Part shown: positions 1-14,139 of the stretch, piece after piece
Layout: the number at the start of each line of letters is the position of its first letter
How positions within the stretch are numbered: position 1 is the first letter of the stretch
From: the human T2T-CHM13v2.0 reference genome, Homo sapiens
Reading direction: 5' to 3' (one strand)
Assembly (NCBI RefSeq): GCF_009914755.1
Contig: NC_060925.1
Length of the DNA stretch: 64,000 nucleotides
Made by a program: the position numbers and the translations under genes
The notes under the pieces: generated by a model
What the model was told of the DNA's origin: nothing
What the model saw: only the letters and a program-made list of their open reading frames with translations
Database searches by the model: none

Positions 1-3000
1 CGAAGGCAATCCTCGCCTTGTCCTTTCCTGGGCCAGGGGCCAGGGTAAGGCAGAACTCTACGGTGCCTTCTTCCGTTTTCACACAGCCATTTGCCCCTTC
101 TCACACCCAGCTCCTTTCTTCCTGCTGTTTCTTCTTCCCAGAGCACCCCTGGCCTCTGACGTCACAGGCCTAAATACTGTGTGTCCTCTGGGTCCAGCCT
201 CAATGCCACCTTTTCCAAGGTGCTAAGGCTGCCTGGGGCTGGGAATTCAGTTAACCCGTAAATCCACTAACAGCCACTCTTTCTGAGGGCTTGCTATGTG
301 CTGTCTAAGGCTCATGACAGCCTTAGCAATGAGCTCTCTACAGCTCTGCTCTGTGGAAGAAAAGGTGAGGCTTGGTGGCTTGTCCTGGGTTCCTCAGGCA
401 GTAAATGGCCAAGTGGGGATTAGAACCAAGGCTTGTCGGACTCCAGGCCTGTGCTTTTCAGAGCGTATCACTTGTGAAGTCTTTCCCAGATACAGGAGAA
501 GGAAGGATATTCAAGCAGTTAGGAGTGTTTGGAGAACTGGCTAAGGCTGAGTTGGACTGGCAATGAAGCCATAGGCTTGCTGATCCCCTGGGTGCCAGGG
601 CACGTATCTTGTCGGAGGTGAGGCCAGCTGGAGTCCTGGGGAGGTGGGGCAGGACAGGCACTGTCTCCCAGGATAACCTTATCCCCCATTCTCCAACCTC
701 TATCCCTGCCCAGTCTGCCTTTCCAGATTCCTTTACTCTCTTGGATGTGCAGAAACCTACCTTTTCTTGAAACCACCTCCAGGAAGCCCCTTTGGATTTA
801 AGAGACAATATAGGATCAGGGAAAGAGCAAAGGTTTCAGAGCCAAAGCTGTATTGGATTCTTACTAGCAGTGTGACCTTTCTTTCTGAGCCTTCCTGAGT
901 TGAGTGTTCTCGACTCTAACATGGGGATAATAATGCCACCCCGGCAGGCCAGACCTCGCACCTCTCTGCCTCCCTGCCCCATGCGGTCAGAATCAGGATG
1001 TCCCCCAGTTTTATCTTCTAATTGTCTTGTGTGTGTCTGGCCACTGCAGCCTCAAGGCATTCCTAGTCTGGGAATGTCTCGGGGGTAACCCCTCCCCAGA
1101 TCTTCTGTAACTTACAGCATCGAAAGGCTGGGTCACAGAGGTAACCCAGGAGAAAATAATGTTCTCCCCATCACTGGGTCCGGTGTGATGCCAATATTGA
1201 GGATAAAGGTGAGAGCACAGGTTCTAGTGAGGGACGCCCAAGACCACAGAGCATTTGCTTCTTAGGTCCAGGTGGTGCCACAGTCAGGAAGGTGTCCTAG
1301 ATGGTTTAGACATGGGGAATGGACAGACAGGCCTGGGTTTGGACCCTCACTTTGCTATGGCCAGGGCACCACATGGCCTCCCAGTCACAGCAGTCAGACC
1401 CTGAAGGGGCCTCAGAATTCATCAAGTCCTTCATCTCAGGACAGGGACTTGCTCAAGGTCGCAGAACGAGACACGGTAGAGGCAGAGGAGGCCCGGTGCT
1501 GTCTACAAATGGAGGACAGCAGGAGAAGGGAAGTTTTTATTGCCTTTCCTGCCTCTCCCACCTGCCCAGGCACACCTTTGCCAGGCGCTATGGCCTCCCT
1601 CCCACCCTCACACCCTTTGGTTCATTCGATATTTGTTGGTTTATTTGATATTTATCAGTTCAGTATTTAACGATCCATTCAATATTTATCAGTTACCTAT
1701 TATGTGCAGGTCCTGCTCATTTAATATTTTAATATTTGTTGATTACCTATTATGTGCAGGTCCTGTTCTAGGGCTTGGGATTAAGTAGTGACTAAAATAC
1801 AGAGGCCATCCCTCATCTAGCCCTGAATACCTGCTCAGCCAAGAACCACCGATCCCCGCCCTCCCGGCTGTGCCAGATACCATCTTTACCAAATTTTTGG
1901 TAGATTTTCAGCCTAGAACACACAGTTTTGCCCCGAATTACACACCTGCCTCATCATTCATCATCATTTCACTGTCCATCTTGTCTCCAGGCCAGGAGCA
2001 GGGGAGGCTGTGAGACCTGGGGCAGTGCTGGCAGTGGGAGAGCCCCCCCAGCCCTGAGCCGTGTGGGGGTCAGTTAGCTCTTCCTAGGCATCATCTCTCT
2101 GATCCTCACGGGAATCCTAGGAGGCTGGTCCTGGAGTGGTCAAGGAGGACACTGGGACTTAGAGAGGGCACGGACCTTCCCCAGAATCTCCCAGCCAAGA
2201 GTTGGCAGGCCCAGGGCTGGGGATGTTACCACCCTCTGCTTGCCAAGTCTCCTTTCTCAGCTGTGATGTGGGAGAACAGCACTGTAAACTCAGTGTCACG
2301 AGGATGACCTGACGTGATAGCACACCACAGGCCCTCAGCAAATGGGGGCTCCTCTCCTCTCAGACCCCGGGGTGGGTCTGGTCTGGCCTGCTAGCTTTGT
2401 CTTCCATGTCTGACGCCACAACCCAGCCAGGCCGCTCATGTATGCAGGCTCCGGCCATGCCCCCAGTCCTGAGAGCATGTGAGTGAGGCCCGCTTACACA
2501 GGCTACTGCAGATGACAGCAGCTGGTGACGGGAGGCGTGTCTACACGAAGTGCTTCCCATGCATGAAATCACTGTATCTTCGTGACAGCCTCATGAGGTG
2601 GGCCTATGTGTGGCCTTGTTGCCAGGCAAGGACACAGATGCTCAGGGGAGTGCAGGCACTTGTCCCAGGTCATCCTCGGCCTCACCCTTCCTCCATCTGC
2701 CTCACCAGCCAATCCCTGCACCTTCTGAGAGCAGTGCTTCCCTCTCAGACCTCAGGAGGGACAATCCCCTTTTCCTCTTAGTCAGTGGAGACAAATTAAG
2801 AAGTTTCCAAGAGGAATTTTACTAGGGAAGAAAACCAAAAACGTAAAAGGGAGGAGTTTGATGAGTGGGCAGAGCTCAGCCTCCTTCTCCAGGTGTGACT
2901 GGCACCTGCCGAGTGTGACTGGCTTAGTCTCGGCACCTTGACATGTCCCTCTCCAAAGGGGATTGGACGTTCGACTCCACCAGTCAGACTTTAGTCCAGA

Positions 3001-3344
3001 GCAGGTACCACCCAGGCCTAGTAGGAATCTCAGTGTCCCTCAGATGCTGAGCCGGTGTGGGTGCCCCCTTGGTTCCTCCCCCAAAGGTAAGGAGGGCTTC
3101 TCATGGGGTCCTGAGTACCCACGATGGCTTCAGGCCAGCATTGCCCCAGGCTACCTCCTTCCTTGCGCCTTTGAGTCCTCTCCCCTGACCTGCTTTCTGT
3201 CAGTAGATGACATCCACTGTCTCCTCCATGCCAGGCTTTGCCACCTGCCAAGAAACAGGTCAATGAGCCATGAACCTTGCCTTCAAAGGGCCCGAGTCCT
3301 AGTGATGGGGGAGTGGAGTCGGGTGAGGAGATACGCATTTCAAT

Positions 3345-3540
3345 CTAAAAGGTGTGCTAGAAGCAGTGTGAACACAAATGGCTTAGACAAAAATGTGTGT
3401 CTATATATAGAAATAGAGAATAACAAAGCAAATGGGTGAAAATGTAAGCTGTTGGTGAATCAAGTGAAAAGGATATAGGAATTACTTGTCCTACTTTTGC
3501 AACTCTTCTGTAAGTTTGAAATTATGATTTTAAAAAAATC
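3345..3540 (+). mobile_element. Old L1 (L1ME/L1MC-type) 3' end fragment
   Basis: AT-rich; ttttgcaactcttctgtaagtttgaaatt is the typical L1M 3' terminus. Confidence 0.65.
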
Positions 3541-4393
3541 CCACAGCAAGAACAAAGAGCTTTGGAGCCCAGAGGGAAGAGCTGAGAAGGTGTCGTGGAG
3601 GAGGGAACTGCTGAGCCCTCAAGAAGGGGGCTTGGGTGTTTGCGGTGGAGGACATTGCATATGCAAAGGGAGGAGTGAGAGAGGGTGACAGCCTGCCATA
3701 TGAAACCCTGCCAATCTATCCACCAATCTGTCCAATACACACCTACTGTGTCCAAGGGCTTCCCAGGCTCATGGGCTGCTGTTTGAGGCTGTTTCTGGGG
3801 CTCCATCAACCAGGCAGCCCTGTTATCCTGGGAGATCCTCCACTGCCAGGCTGCTCACTGGGTCTCTGTTGCTTTTCCAGAGCAGCGATGTTCAGCAATG
3901 CCAAGCGAGATCATGCCTTTTTGGCCCCTGCCAGCTCTTAGGAGAATGACTTCCAAATTTCTATCACAGTTGGTTTCTAGCAACATCCAAATGGTTTGCT
4001 ACAAGCCCAGCAGCCCCGGCCGTCCAGGACCACAGGTGTCAGGAGAAGGGTTGGCCCAGGCAACCCCTTCCTGCTGCCTGAACAAGTCAAAGGGCCTTGT
4101 CGATGGATAGTGGCTCGGAAGTGCCAGTTTCATGCTCAGGAAGTAGAAAAAGGGGCCCATGGTTTAGAGTACTTCCTTGAGGGCGGGAGCTTGGCCGGCG
4201 ACCTCTGGAGGAGACTTCCAGTTCCATAGACCGTTCTCTATGCCCTGGCCCCCCTGTCTTTGGCTTAATGCCATCTCACATTTCTGGTCTCAGCTGAGGA
4301 CCAATCTCCTCGGAAAAGCCTTCCCTGAGCATCCCAGCCCCAGCCAGGGGTGGTGTCCACCCTGTGCTTCCACAGGCTCCCCTGGCCCATTGA

Positions 4394-4782
<389 letters not shown>

Positions 4783-5378
4783 GGCTCTGCCACTTTCTAG
4801 TTCTGTGACCTTGGGCAAGTTACTTAACCTCCATGTGCCTGTTTCTGTGCATCCCTGTATCTCAGGGCTGGCTATGCTGGAGGTGCACAATAGGGTTGTT
4901 CAGGTGTACCAAGGAATGGGATGGGCCCAGATACTGGAGGCCAAGTGCTGGGGTGGGAAGAGCAGCGGGCCAGGGGTCCAGAGCCTCGGGTCTGAGCTCT
5001 GACTGCTTCTCTTCCTCTGAGGAACCTTGGGCAAGTCAGTGGTGTCCCCTGCCTGAGCCTCAGTTTCTTCCTTAATTACCTGCTTACGCTTCCAGGAGGC
5101 CAGCAGTGGAAACACGGTGCTCTTTTGAGTGCTGCCTCAACACAGAGCTGCCGCCTCTTCTGATGGCCCCCATCCCACACATACATCCCACCTGGATCAT
5201 CCTCCTGTCCTGGGGCCCCCAACGCTCTGCATCCTTTATGCCCTCACTTGGGTCCTGTGCTGGTTTTGCTTCAGAAATGACCTGCAATAGTCCCGTTGCT
5301 CACGAGCGTCTCATTTCCTGCTGGGCCCATGCCCTGGCACCGCAGGCTCCCCTGCAGCCCCGCACGCCCTTCCCTCAC

Positions 5379-5614
5379 CTTGCGTCACCACCTTGCCGAA
5401 GACGGGCAAGGAGTCGAGTGTGGAGCAGTTCCAGCGCCGGTTCCGGAACTGGTACTGGCACTCCTCAATGGCCAGCTGGGCACCGCGGCGCACCGAGTCC
5501 ATGACTTCCAGGTTCCGCTTGCACATCTGCACCTGCCTCTGGATCAGGCCCTTGAGTTTCTCGCACGTCTCCTCCTCTGAGATGCTCCCCACCGACGACA
5601 GCTTGGCCAGGTAC
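5379..5614 (-). CDS. WNT4: WNT4 coding exon 2 ([34 protein letters not shown]...[29 protein letters not shown])
   Basis: 236 nt between acceptor ctctccccAG|G and donor AAG|GTGAGG. Contains the Wnt motif ECQxQFRxRRWNC and an N-glycosylation sequon N88-C-S. Exons 3-5 lie to the left, outside the window. Confidence 0.99.
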
Positions 5615-6689
5615 CTGGGGAGAGGGTGACACGTGATGCAGAGCCCACCTCCTCATCTTTCCTGGCCCCGGACCAGGCCTGAGCTCCAGCCCGGGTCTCT
5701 GGGAACTGACTCGTCCCAGTGACTGGGCCTGGCTGCCGACTTCTCTCTGGATCCAGTTACAGGCCCTCTTGCCCGGCTCTAGGGGCACCAAGGGAGTGGA
5801 AATGCTGTCTTCTGCAAAAAGCCTCTATCTCAAGTTCAGCAAAGCAGGTGGCAGCAGTGGGAGGGAAGCTCATCGAGCCCCTACGGGATCCCTCCCTGCC
5901 CTGGCAGCCCCCGTGCCACTGTCTGTGCCAGGACGTCACCCCAGACCTGGCTATGGGATCCCACTGTTCCCTGCCGAGATGCCTTCTAGCTAGGAGGCTG
6001 GAGCCGCTGTCTGCCCAGGGTCTCTCTTCCCTGTCCTAGGCAGGAACCCCAGTGATCCTTGGCTGATCTTCTGGCCACAAGACCAAGATCCTCACTGCCA
6101 GCCACATCCTAGGACCACCAGATGGAGACCAGTGTCATTGCTGCCACCCTTTGGAGGTGGGACAATGAGGGCAGTGATGGGCTAGAGGTCTAGGGATGGT
6201 CAGGTTATGGGTGGTGGTGGCGAGAGTGGGCTGTGTGGACGCTTCAAAAGCCAAGTGCAGCATGCTCTCCCTCCCCCAGGGGCTTGCCCAGCACACTGAG
6301 TCTCCCAAGGGTTGGGGATTTTCTAGGGGTTGGCTGTGAAGAAGCTGTTGCATCTTATAAAGGAAGCTGCACAAATTTCTTGTTGAAGAAGGATAAAGGG
6401 AAGGTAACTGCTCTTTGGGCCTCAGTTTCCTCATCTGTAGTAAGAGAAGGGAACACCGGTTCTGTCTGAGTGGAGGAACTGCTACCTGGAGCAAGAGGGA
6501 TCTGTGTGAGAGATGGCCTGACACTGGCCCGAGGCAATGAGGCAGGAAGTCGCCATTTGTTTGCTGAATGAGGGAATGAATGAATGGTGACCAAATAGAA
6601 AAGCACACAGAAAGTCCTACTTATGGGAATTCTTTCTGATGATAAGAAGAAACTTATGGAAGTTCCATCAAACTTCTATGGAACTTGGG

Positions 6690-6870
6690 ACTGGGCTAAG
6701 TACTTTACATTATTGCGTTTAATCCTCTCAGAAAGCCAACCAGCTGCCATTTAAAAGAGGAGGAAACTGAGGCACAGACATTTTAAGTAATTTACCTCAT
6801 GTGCAGGGCTACACAGCCAGTGAGGTTGAGCAGGACTTGAACCTGGCATTTGCCTGGCTTCACAGCCTTG
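6690..6870. mobile_element. MIR SINE (one of many MIR fragments in the window)
   Basis: gaggaaactgaggcacaga...cacagccagtga...ggacttgaacctgg core. Confidence 0.7.
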
Positions 6871-7830
6871 GGCAGAGACAGTATTCTCTGTGTGGCTCAA
6901 AGACTAGAATTGACACTGTGGCCAGAAGCTGCTGGGAGCTGGGTTTGTTCAACCCAAAGATGCTAGCCAGGGTGCAGCTGGGGAGCTGTCTCCCCATCCC
7001 TGGAGGTTTGCAGGCGGCAGCTAAATTTTATTTGTCAGGTATGTGGGTTGGACCAAGTGACGGTTCTTGAATCTGGCTGTGCATCGAAACGTGTGCAGGG
7101 TTTGTTGAAGGTGGAGGTGCCTGGGCCCCAGTCCCAGTGGGGGTTGGTGGGCCTCTGAGGTTAATTGAATGTGCCTTAGGTGCACCTGGGAGGCTAGGTG
7201 GGCACTGGCCTGGAGAACAGTCTGCATAAGTATGGGTAATGTTTCCTTCTCAGCCATAGGGAGCTCTGACTCAGGGATGCCACTGTCCTCCTCACTGTGG
7301 CATTGATCCCCAGGATGTTTCCTTTTCCCCGTGGCTGTGGAGCCTGAGCCTGGCTTTCCTTATCTGTAAATGGAGATAACGGTTCTCACCCAGAGGGCTG
7401 CCAAGAGGAATGCCCGTGATTTGCTGTGTGATGCACCTGGCTGTCAGCTGGGCACATTCTAGGTGCCAGGTAATTGTGGGGGCAAGTGTACAGCATGGGG
7501 CAAGTGCAAAGTAGGCGGTCTCAGGCCGAAGAAGGCCAACCTCCCCTCCCCACCCCCTGCATTCCTGGTCTCCCAGGGGCCTCCCCGCCCCTCCTTCCTA
7601 TCTACCAGGTGGTTCCCAGGGGATGCACAGACTGGTGGTGTCCTGACAAGGCCCAGGCAGGAGCTCGGAGCCCCTTGGAGGGAAGACAAGGGCAGGAAGG
7701 GGGCTGAGAAGCAGCAGAGGCTGCATTTGGAAGGGGAGGGGCCCACCCGGCTTCTCAGCCCTGCCTGGGTGCTCTCCTGCCTGTGCCCAGCCAAGGGGTC
7801 GCCTGTGGAGCCAGTCCCACCTGTTGCTCT

Positions 7831-7849
7831 TGGCCTGCAGGGGGCGCCA
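7831..7849 (+). promoter_or_regulatory. Candidate CTCF site TGGCCTGCAGGGGGCGCCA
   Basis: Close match to the CTCF consensus TGGCCACCAGGGGGCGCTA, with the CpG retained. Confidence 0.7.
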
Positions 7850-10800
7850 AGAGCCCGGCTACTGGCTGTGGGCCAGGTCCACGTTCAGGCCACAGGTGTC
7901 CCTCGGTGGGGGGACAAGGAATTGAGCCTGACGTTGGATCCTTTCCTGCTCAGACCGAGGCTTGGCCTCTTGGAGAAGGGTGGGGGCCCTGTTTGCTCTA
8001 TGATGTGGGGGCACAGAGCTGGCCCATCCCCAACTCAGTCTCTGCTCCCACAGCATGCAGCCAAGAAGGCTGCATCTGGCTGTGCTGGGCCCTGGGCTCT
8101 GGTCAAGGGAGGCACCCAAGGGCAGGGGTTCTCTGGGCAGGGGGGGCAGCCTCTGACCCACCATGACCTTGGGCAAGTCCCTGCCATACTTGGAGCCTGT
8201 CTCCTTATGGGTACAGTAAACCGGTGGGTCCATATGGCCTTTCCCACTGTCGGAGTTGGTGGGCCTCCTTCTACTGGCAGGGTGGGGAGTGGCCGGGCCT
8301 CAGGGGCCTGCTGGCCCCATGCCAGGCTGATAGATGTGTCTCTGCCATTGAATAAGTAGTAAGATGGACCAGGGGAGCCACCTGCATCCCCCCACCCAGG
8401 CTCAGAACTCAGCAAGGGGAGACTGGCTGAATGACAGTCACAGGGGCTTAGGGTGAGCTGCTGGGCTGCCGTGGCCGTGAGTCACTGGGCCAGCTTCCAG
8501 GAAGGAGCTGAGCAACCTCTTCCGTTGGCACCAGTGCCCACCCCCAGCCCCTGCCTTCATCTGGCACAGCAGCTGTCCCCTTCCGTACACACGAGGCCCA
8601 GCCCCATCCCCACCCCTGTTCCCCCAGACCCCAGGGTCTCGCCCGGGCAGGGCTGGGTGCCAGGGCTGGAAATGGAACCGGGCACCGGCTCTAGAGAGTG
8701 AGAACCCCAGGCATTACAGGCCCTCATCCACAATGTTTCTGCTTGCCCGTTTCAGTATCCAACTAGCATTTGGCTCCATTTCACAGATGAACAAACTGAG
8801 GCTACGGAGATAAAGCAACTTGCTTAAAGTCCCACAGCTAGAGCGGCGAGCTGCAGTGCAAACCCAGCCCTAACTCTCAACTCTCTTTCCTCTGTACCTG
8901 GCTGTGGATATGCCCCATTTACCTGCTGAGGGGGGCTAACACTGCCCTTGGTGCCTCACACAGGGCACAGTGCATAGAAGGTGTTTAATAAATGCCTGCA
9001 GCAGGATGGAGGGCTCTGTCCTGGCGGGGTTCCCTCTGCTTCCCTCCTGGCAGAGTGCTCAGGATGGGGAAGATAAGGATGAGGGAGGAATGTGGGGGCT
9101 GCTGTGGTCTTTTGATCTGCTGAGAGCCTGGAGACCCATCAGGGCGAGGCCTGATTAGTACTGGACACCTCAGGATTCCCAGTGCCCTAGGGTGGCTCAA
9201 CCCCAGAGACACGTGTGCCATCCGCTGACCCTGGAGCTGGACCAGGCTCAAAAATGGAGTGCACCAGCCCTTTCTAGGGGTGACAGAGAGCCAGGGCGTG
9301 ATGGGTGGGCCGGGCCAGGCTGTGCAGGGCCTTGGCCATCCCTGAGGCTTCTCCTGTCGTGGCTGCATTGCCCCAATTTAGGCTCCTTCCTGCCACCACG
9401 GAGTACAGGCTTAGCAATTTGCCACCTGCTGCCCTGGCCACCCAGGACTCTCGCCATGGCCATGCCGTTGATCAGGTTACCCCACCAGCCCAGACCGCCC
9501 CTGCTGCTGCTACCAGCCAGCTCATGCCCTGATCTTCTCCAACGGGGGCTGCAGGTCCTGCAGGCTCCTCCCAGGAGGCCCTCCCCGAGCCCGGCCCGTG
9601 CCTACAGCCTGCGAGGCTGGAGGGCCCTTGCCCTGCCAGGGAGATCAGATCCTCTCAGCCACCTGCTGTTTTCATTAGAAACTAAAATTAGCTGGGCTTG
9701 TCCCAAGCTTTTCCAGGTTTGCTTGCTTTTTAAAAAAAATATACAAATTCCTAGAGGAAAATCTGCACCTCTGCGACTCCTCCCGGCTCTTACGCTGTGA
9801 GTCAAGAGGAGAGGGGACGGGAAATAGCTGGAGCGTTTGGGAGGCCAAGCAGATCAGTGTCGTGGGTCCCGGCCCTGCGGGTGTCCAGGTGGGGGCTGGG
9901 ACGCCAGCGCAGGCCTCTCTGCCCCCTCCCTTTGGCCTCCCTGCCTGCCTGGGCCACATTTAGAGCCTCCTCAGGAGCGGTCGTGCCTGCGATACCAGGG
10001 AGGAAGGAGGCCAAGTGGGTGGGAGGGGGAGCCGGAAGAAAACGGAGTGGCTGCTGAACAGAGCTGCCTTGGGGGATGCGGGCCAGTGGGGGCGAAAGTG
10101 ACCACAGTCCCCATCTAGGACTGTGTTCTTAGGGGGATGGTACCTGGTTTCCCAAGATCCTAACCATACCCCCCACTCACTTTTACATCTTTGAATGTTT
10201 CTATAACCACAGTCTTGGTATCCTGCTGTGCTCCCCCTGATGGTGCCCTAGCCTTGGAGACCCTTGTCTTTTGGCATGGCAGGCAGTGCAGAAAGGACAT
10301 GGACCAGGGACTCCTGGGTCCAAATGTCATCCTTGTGTTGCTTGAAGCAAGTTAGTGAACACCTCTGAGCCTCAGCGTGTTCATCTGTAAAGTGGGGAGA
10401 CTGGAATTCCTGCACGCAGGAGGCCTAAATGAATGAAATCTGTGTGCAGGAGATGCTCGTCCCTGCTGCAGCATTGTCCTAGCAGCACCTTCAAGATGCT
10501 CACTGTCATCGGTGCCGTCACCACCCCTCCCACAGCCTCTCCCAGTTCCTCTGGCCACCCCTCTGCTGCACCCCAGACCAGACCCATGCTGACTTCTGCT
10601 CATTTGTGTGTGTGTTTTTTTGCTTGGGTCTCTTGGCCCTCTTAGTCCTGGGTTCCCAGTCTTTTTTTCAGCTGATCATGCCTGAGAGGTGGGACACGCT
10701 CCCCCGGGGTACAGTGGATGACCTCAGCAGCCATCCCAATGGCAGGCTTTTGACAGAGTCTCCAGATGAAGTCTGCAGAGTTTGAGGATGTGTTTCCTGG

Positions 10801-13800
10801 CGACTGTCAGTCAGACCCTCTGAGGCTGGGGAGTGTGAGAGATGGGTGGAGGGGATGGTGCTGCTAGGACATCAAGAGCTGGGACACTGGGGTGAGGGCA
10901 GGGACAGTGGTGTGCAGGACAAGCTCAGGAGTGTCAAGGGGACTTGGAAACCATTTGTGGGCATCACAGAGTGGATGCATGGGACCTTCACTTATACTCT
11001 GCAATCAATAGTCACGTGCTTCAGTATGTCCTTAGTGCAACAGCACAGGGCTGGCTAGGCAGGTGTCTTCCCCTCTGTTTCGCAGATGAGGAAACTGAAG
11101 CTCAGAGAAGCATGTGTTTGAGCCCATGCAGCCTGCAGTGGAAGGTCAGGATTTGAAAACGGGTCACTCTGGCTCCTAAGCCAAAGATGACCCAGGGTAC
11201 TGAGGCATGAAGTTTGGCAGTCAACAGACAGTGACCTGAGGGAGGAGGCCTGATTCTTCCCTTGATGGGTCTTTCTAGAGCCCCATGTCTTTTCTGAACT
11301 ACAGTGAGGTGTCTGGGCTGTGTTCAGGAGTAAGGGGTGCTGGGGACAGATGTCTGGGTGGTTACGGGACTGCCTGGACAGTATGGAAGCCTGTGGTCTC
11401 GGTAGCTGTTGGGGCCATGGAAGGGTTGCTGCCACTGGTCCAAAACCCCTGGAGGGGCAGGCTTTGGAGACACTCATGGTGGTTTGCAGGGCAGTGGGTG
11501 CTGCCTTCACCCCTCAGCCTTAGCATGGTCCTAGGTCTCTCAAGGCCCAGGCCAAGTCCTCTTGGCCTCAGGTGCATTTCCTCAGGCGGAGAGAGAGAAC
11601 GGCCTCCCCTGGAACCCAGGCCTCCACCGCCAGTGCACACCACTCTGCACCTTTGGGCCCCTTTCCCTCTTTCCTGTCTCCTGGGACCCCTCGCTCCCAT
11701 CTCCTATCCTTGGAAGCCTCAGTGCCCTCATTTTCTGACTCTTGGTTTCCCAATTCTCATTACTTCCAGTATCCTGGTACCCTAGCCCCCTACATTTCAC
11801 TCCTGAGGGCTCTGTGTCCCCCACTTCCTGTTTGGGAGCCCCCAACCCCATTTCCCATCTCACTGTATGTATTCCCAGCGAGCTGGTGGCTGCCTCAGGG
11901 CCACAAAGTAGCCCCTTGGACCTGAGCCTGGATGGCCCCAGAGCTCTGCCAGGTGAGAACTTGCCTTCTCTCCCTGAGGCAGGTGTGTTGTTGGGGGGAG
12001 TGGGTATCAAATTTAAGGCTGGTCTGACCTCACCTTGTCCCCCAATTTGCCAGCAGAGAGCTCTTCCTTTGCTAGACCCATCCGACCTGTGTCCCCACAA
12101 CCTTTCATGTCCTGTGGCCACTGACCCATTGAACTGTCCTCCCTGCTGGGCTGAGGGAACCTGGGGTTGGGGAAAGAGGAGGGACAGGTGAAACCCCAGC
12201 AGAACTGTCCAGAGCCAGTGCTGGCCTCCTGGAGTGAGGCTCCCGGTTTCTAGTGAGTTCATCGGCCTTGGGGGATACCTTCCAAAGGCCCAGTCCTAGG
12301 AGAGCCTGTGGCTGAACCCCTACTCCCACCCCCACCAGGGTGGGGCTCATCCCCCCAGCAGAGAATAACTGGCTGGGGGTACAGGGCTGCAGGGCTGCAG
12401 GGCTGCTGTCAGCGGCTGCGGGAACAGCTCTGGGAGACCTGGGATGGAGTCCTGGTTCTACCACCGCCATGCTGTATGGTCCTAAGTGCCCAGCACAGGG
12501 CCTGATGTGAGGAAGTGCTCGACATGTTTGCCTGGGGGCATCCCAGGCCCTCCCTGGCAGGAAGGTTCCCCAGGGGGTTGACTGAGAATCCCCAAGAACC
12601 CCCTCACACTCATGCCTCGAAGCTTGGGTTGCCGGAACAGCTGGGCACCCGACTCAGGAGGGGCTATTCTGCTGTCTCCAGCCCTTGGGGAAGGGTCTCT
12701 AGGGCCCAATCCTGGGATTTCAGGGCTTGTGTGTGAACAGATTGAGAAATAGGGTCTGAAGGGACCATTCACAGTCATCTCGGGGAAGGGCCCTGAGGCC
12801 CATCAGCATTCCTGCTGTTCTAATGGGCCTCTCCAAAGATACATGTGAGCTGTCCGAGGCTCCTCTCCCCTGGAGGACGCATCCCTTCCTCCTCCCACCT
12901 CCCTCCCGCTCTCTCCTCAGACCAGGTCCCCTCCTCTGCGGGGTCTGACTTGGCAGGGAACTTTCAGAACACAGTTTGGTTTCAGTTTGCCAGGACATGG
13001 GGGAGGGGGAGCTGGTGGGGTCACGGCAGGGAGCGAGCCGTCCCGAGTTTGGCTGAATCACAGAAGATGCAGTTCAGGACTCAGAGATAAAACCTGGCAA
13101 CTCCTGTGGAAATCTGGAGAGCAACCCTGGGGTCGCAGCTCTGCCTGCAGCTGCGCCTGCTCCATGCAGTGAAGGGGTGACTGGAGGGCCCACGGCAGGC
13201 AGCTGTCACCCCACCCATGGCTCCCTGGCCAATCTGCGCCCCACTGGCTAAGCCCAAGCCCCTCTTCCCAGAGGCAGGAACAAGAGGAGGAGGCTTGGTG
13301 CAAATGCTCAGCTTTCCCAGTGTACCCACAGAGCCTGAGTTGGGCGAGTTTCAACAGGTTTGGGGAGCACTGTCTTGTCAGATGCTTGCTGTGTTGCTCA
13401 ATTGCTAATCCAGGGCTGAGGGAAGAAAGTCAAACCATAGCAGACAGCTGGGTCGTGACTGCTGCCTGAGCAACCCCCTCGGGCAGAGCCTGGTCCTGGG
13501 GTGCTGCAGTGCTGGGGGAGAAACACTCAGCCTGGCTCTCAGGGTCTGTTCCGGCCCAGCAGTGAGGGGCAGAGCAGCAGATCGGGGGGGCAACAGACAC
13601 ACTTCCTGCCACCCACCTCTGTGCCTTTTAGTATCACCTGAGCCTCAGGGCAGTGGAGCAGAGCCTTCCTCCTACTGCAGGCCTTTGAAGATGGGCTACC
13701 ATTGGACAACAGCTGAGAACCCTCTAAACAAGCCCACCTTTCATTCATCCATCAAAGATCGGCTGAGCACCTAGTACCTGACAGGCACGTGCCAGGCACT

Positions 13801-14139
13801 GTGAGATATTCAGAGGTGTTTATGCCACAGCCACGGCCTCCAGATGTTTATAACCTTGTAGAAGCAGTAAAGAAACCACATGATTAGACTAGAGTTATAT
13901 ATAATATGAAACGGTTCTATAGGCAGGGGATGAAAGCTGTAAAATCTGGACATGGGAGAGCAGTTCCAGTCCTGCTTCTGATTTGCAGGATGACCTTGGG
14001 GAAGTCATTGCACGTCTGGGCCTCTGAAGTGGGGCTGAAAGTAATCTACACTCCTGTCCTCTGAAAGTGGTTGTGGTGAGGCATGGAGGGGATGGTGTGT
14101 GGTTCAAATGGGTAATGGTTGTGAAAGATCTTTGCCAAC

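Noticed and set aside
5311-5378. Read-through of exon 2 into intron 2 ([22 protein letters not shown]-stop)
   Set aside because: A strong donor at 5378 explains the end of homology; nothing supports an alternative C-terminus.
7463-8359. 298-aa plus-strand ORF in intron 1
   Set aside because: GTG start, no recognisable domain, includes MIR-like sequence; consistent with chance in GC-rich DNA.
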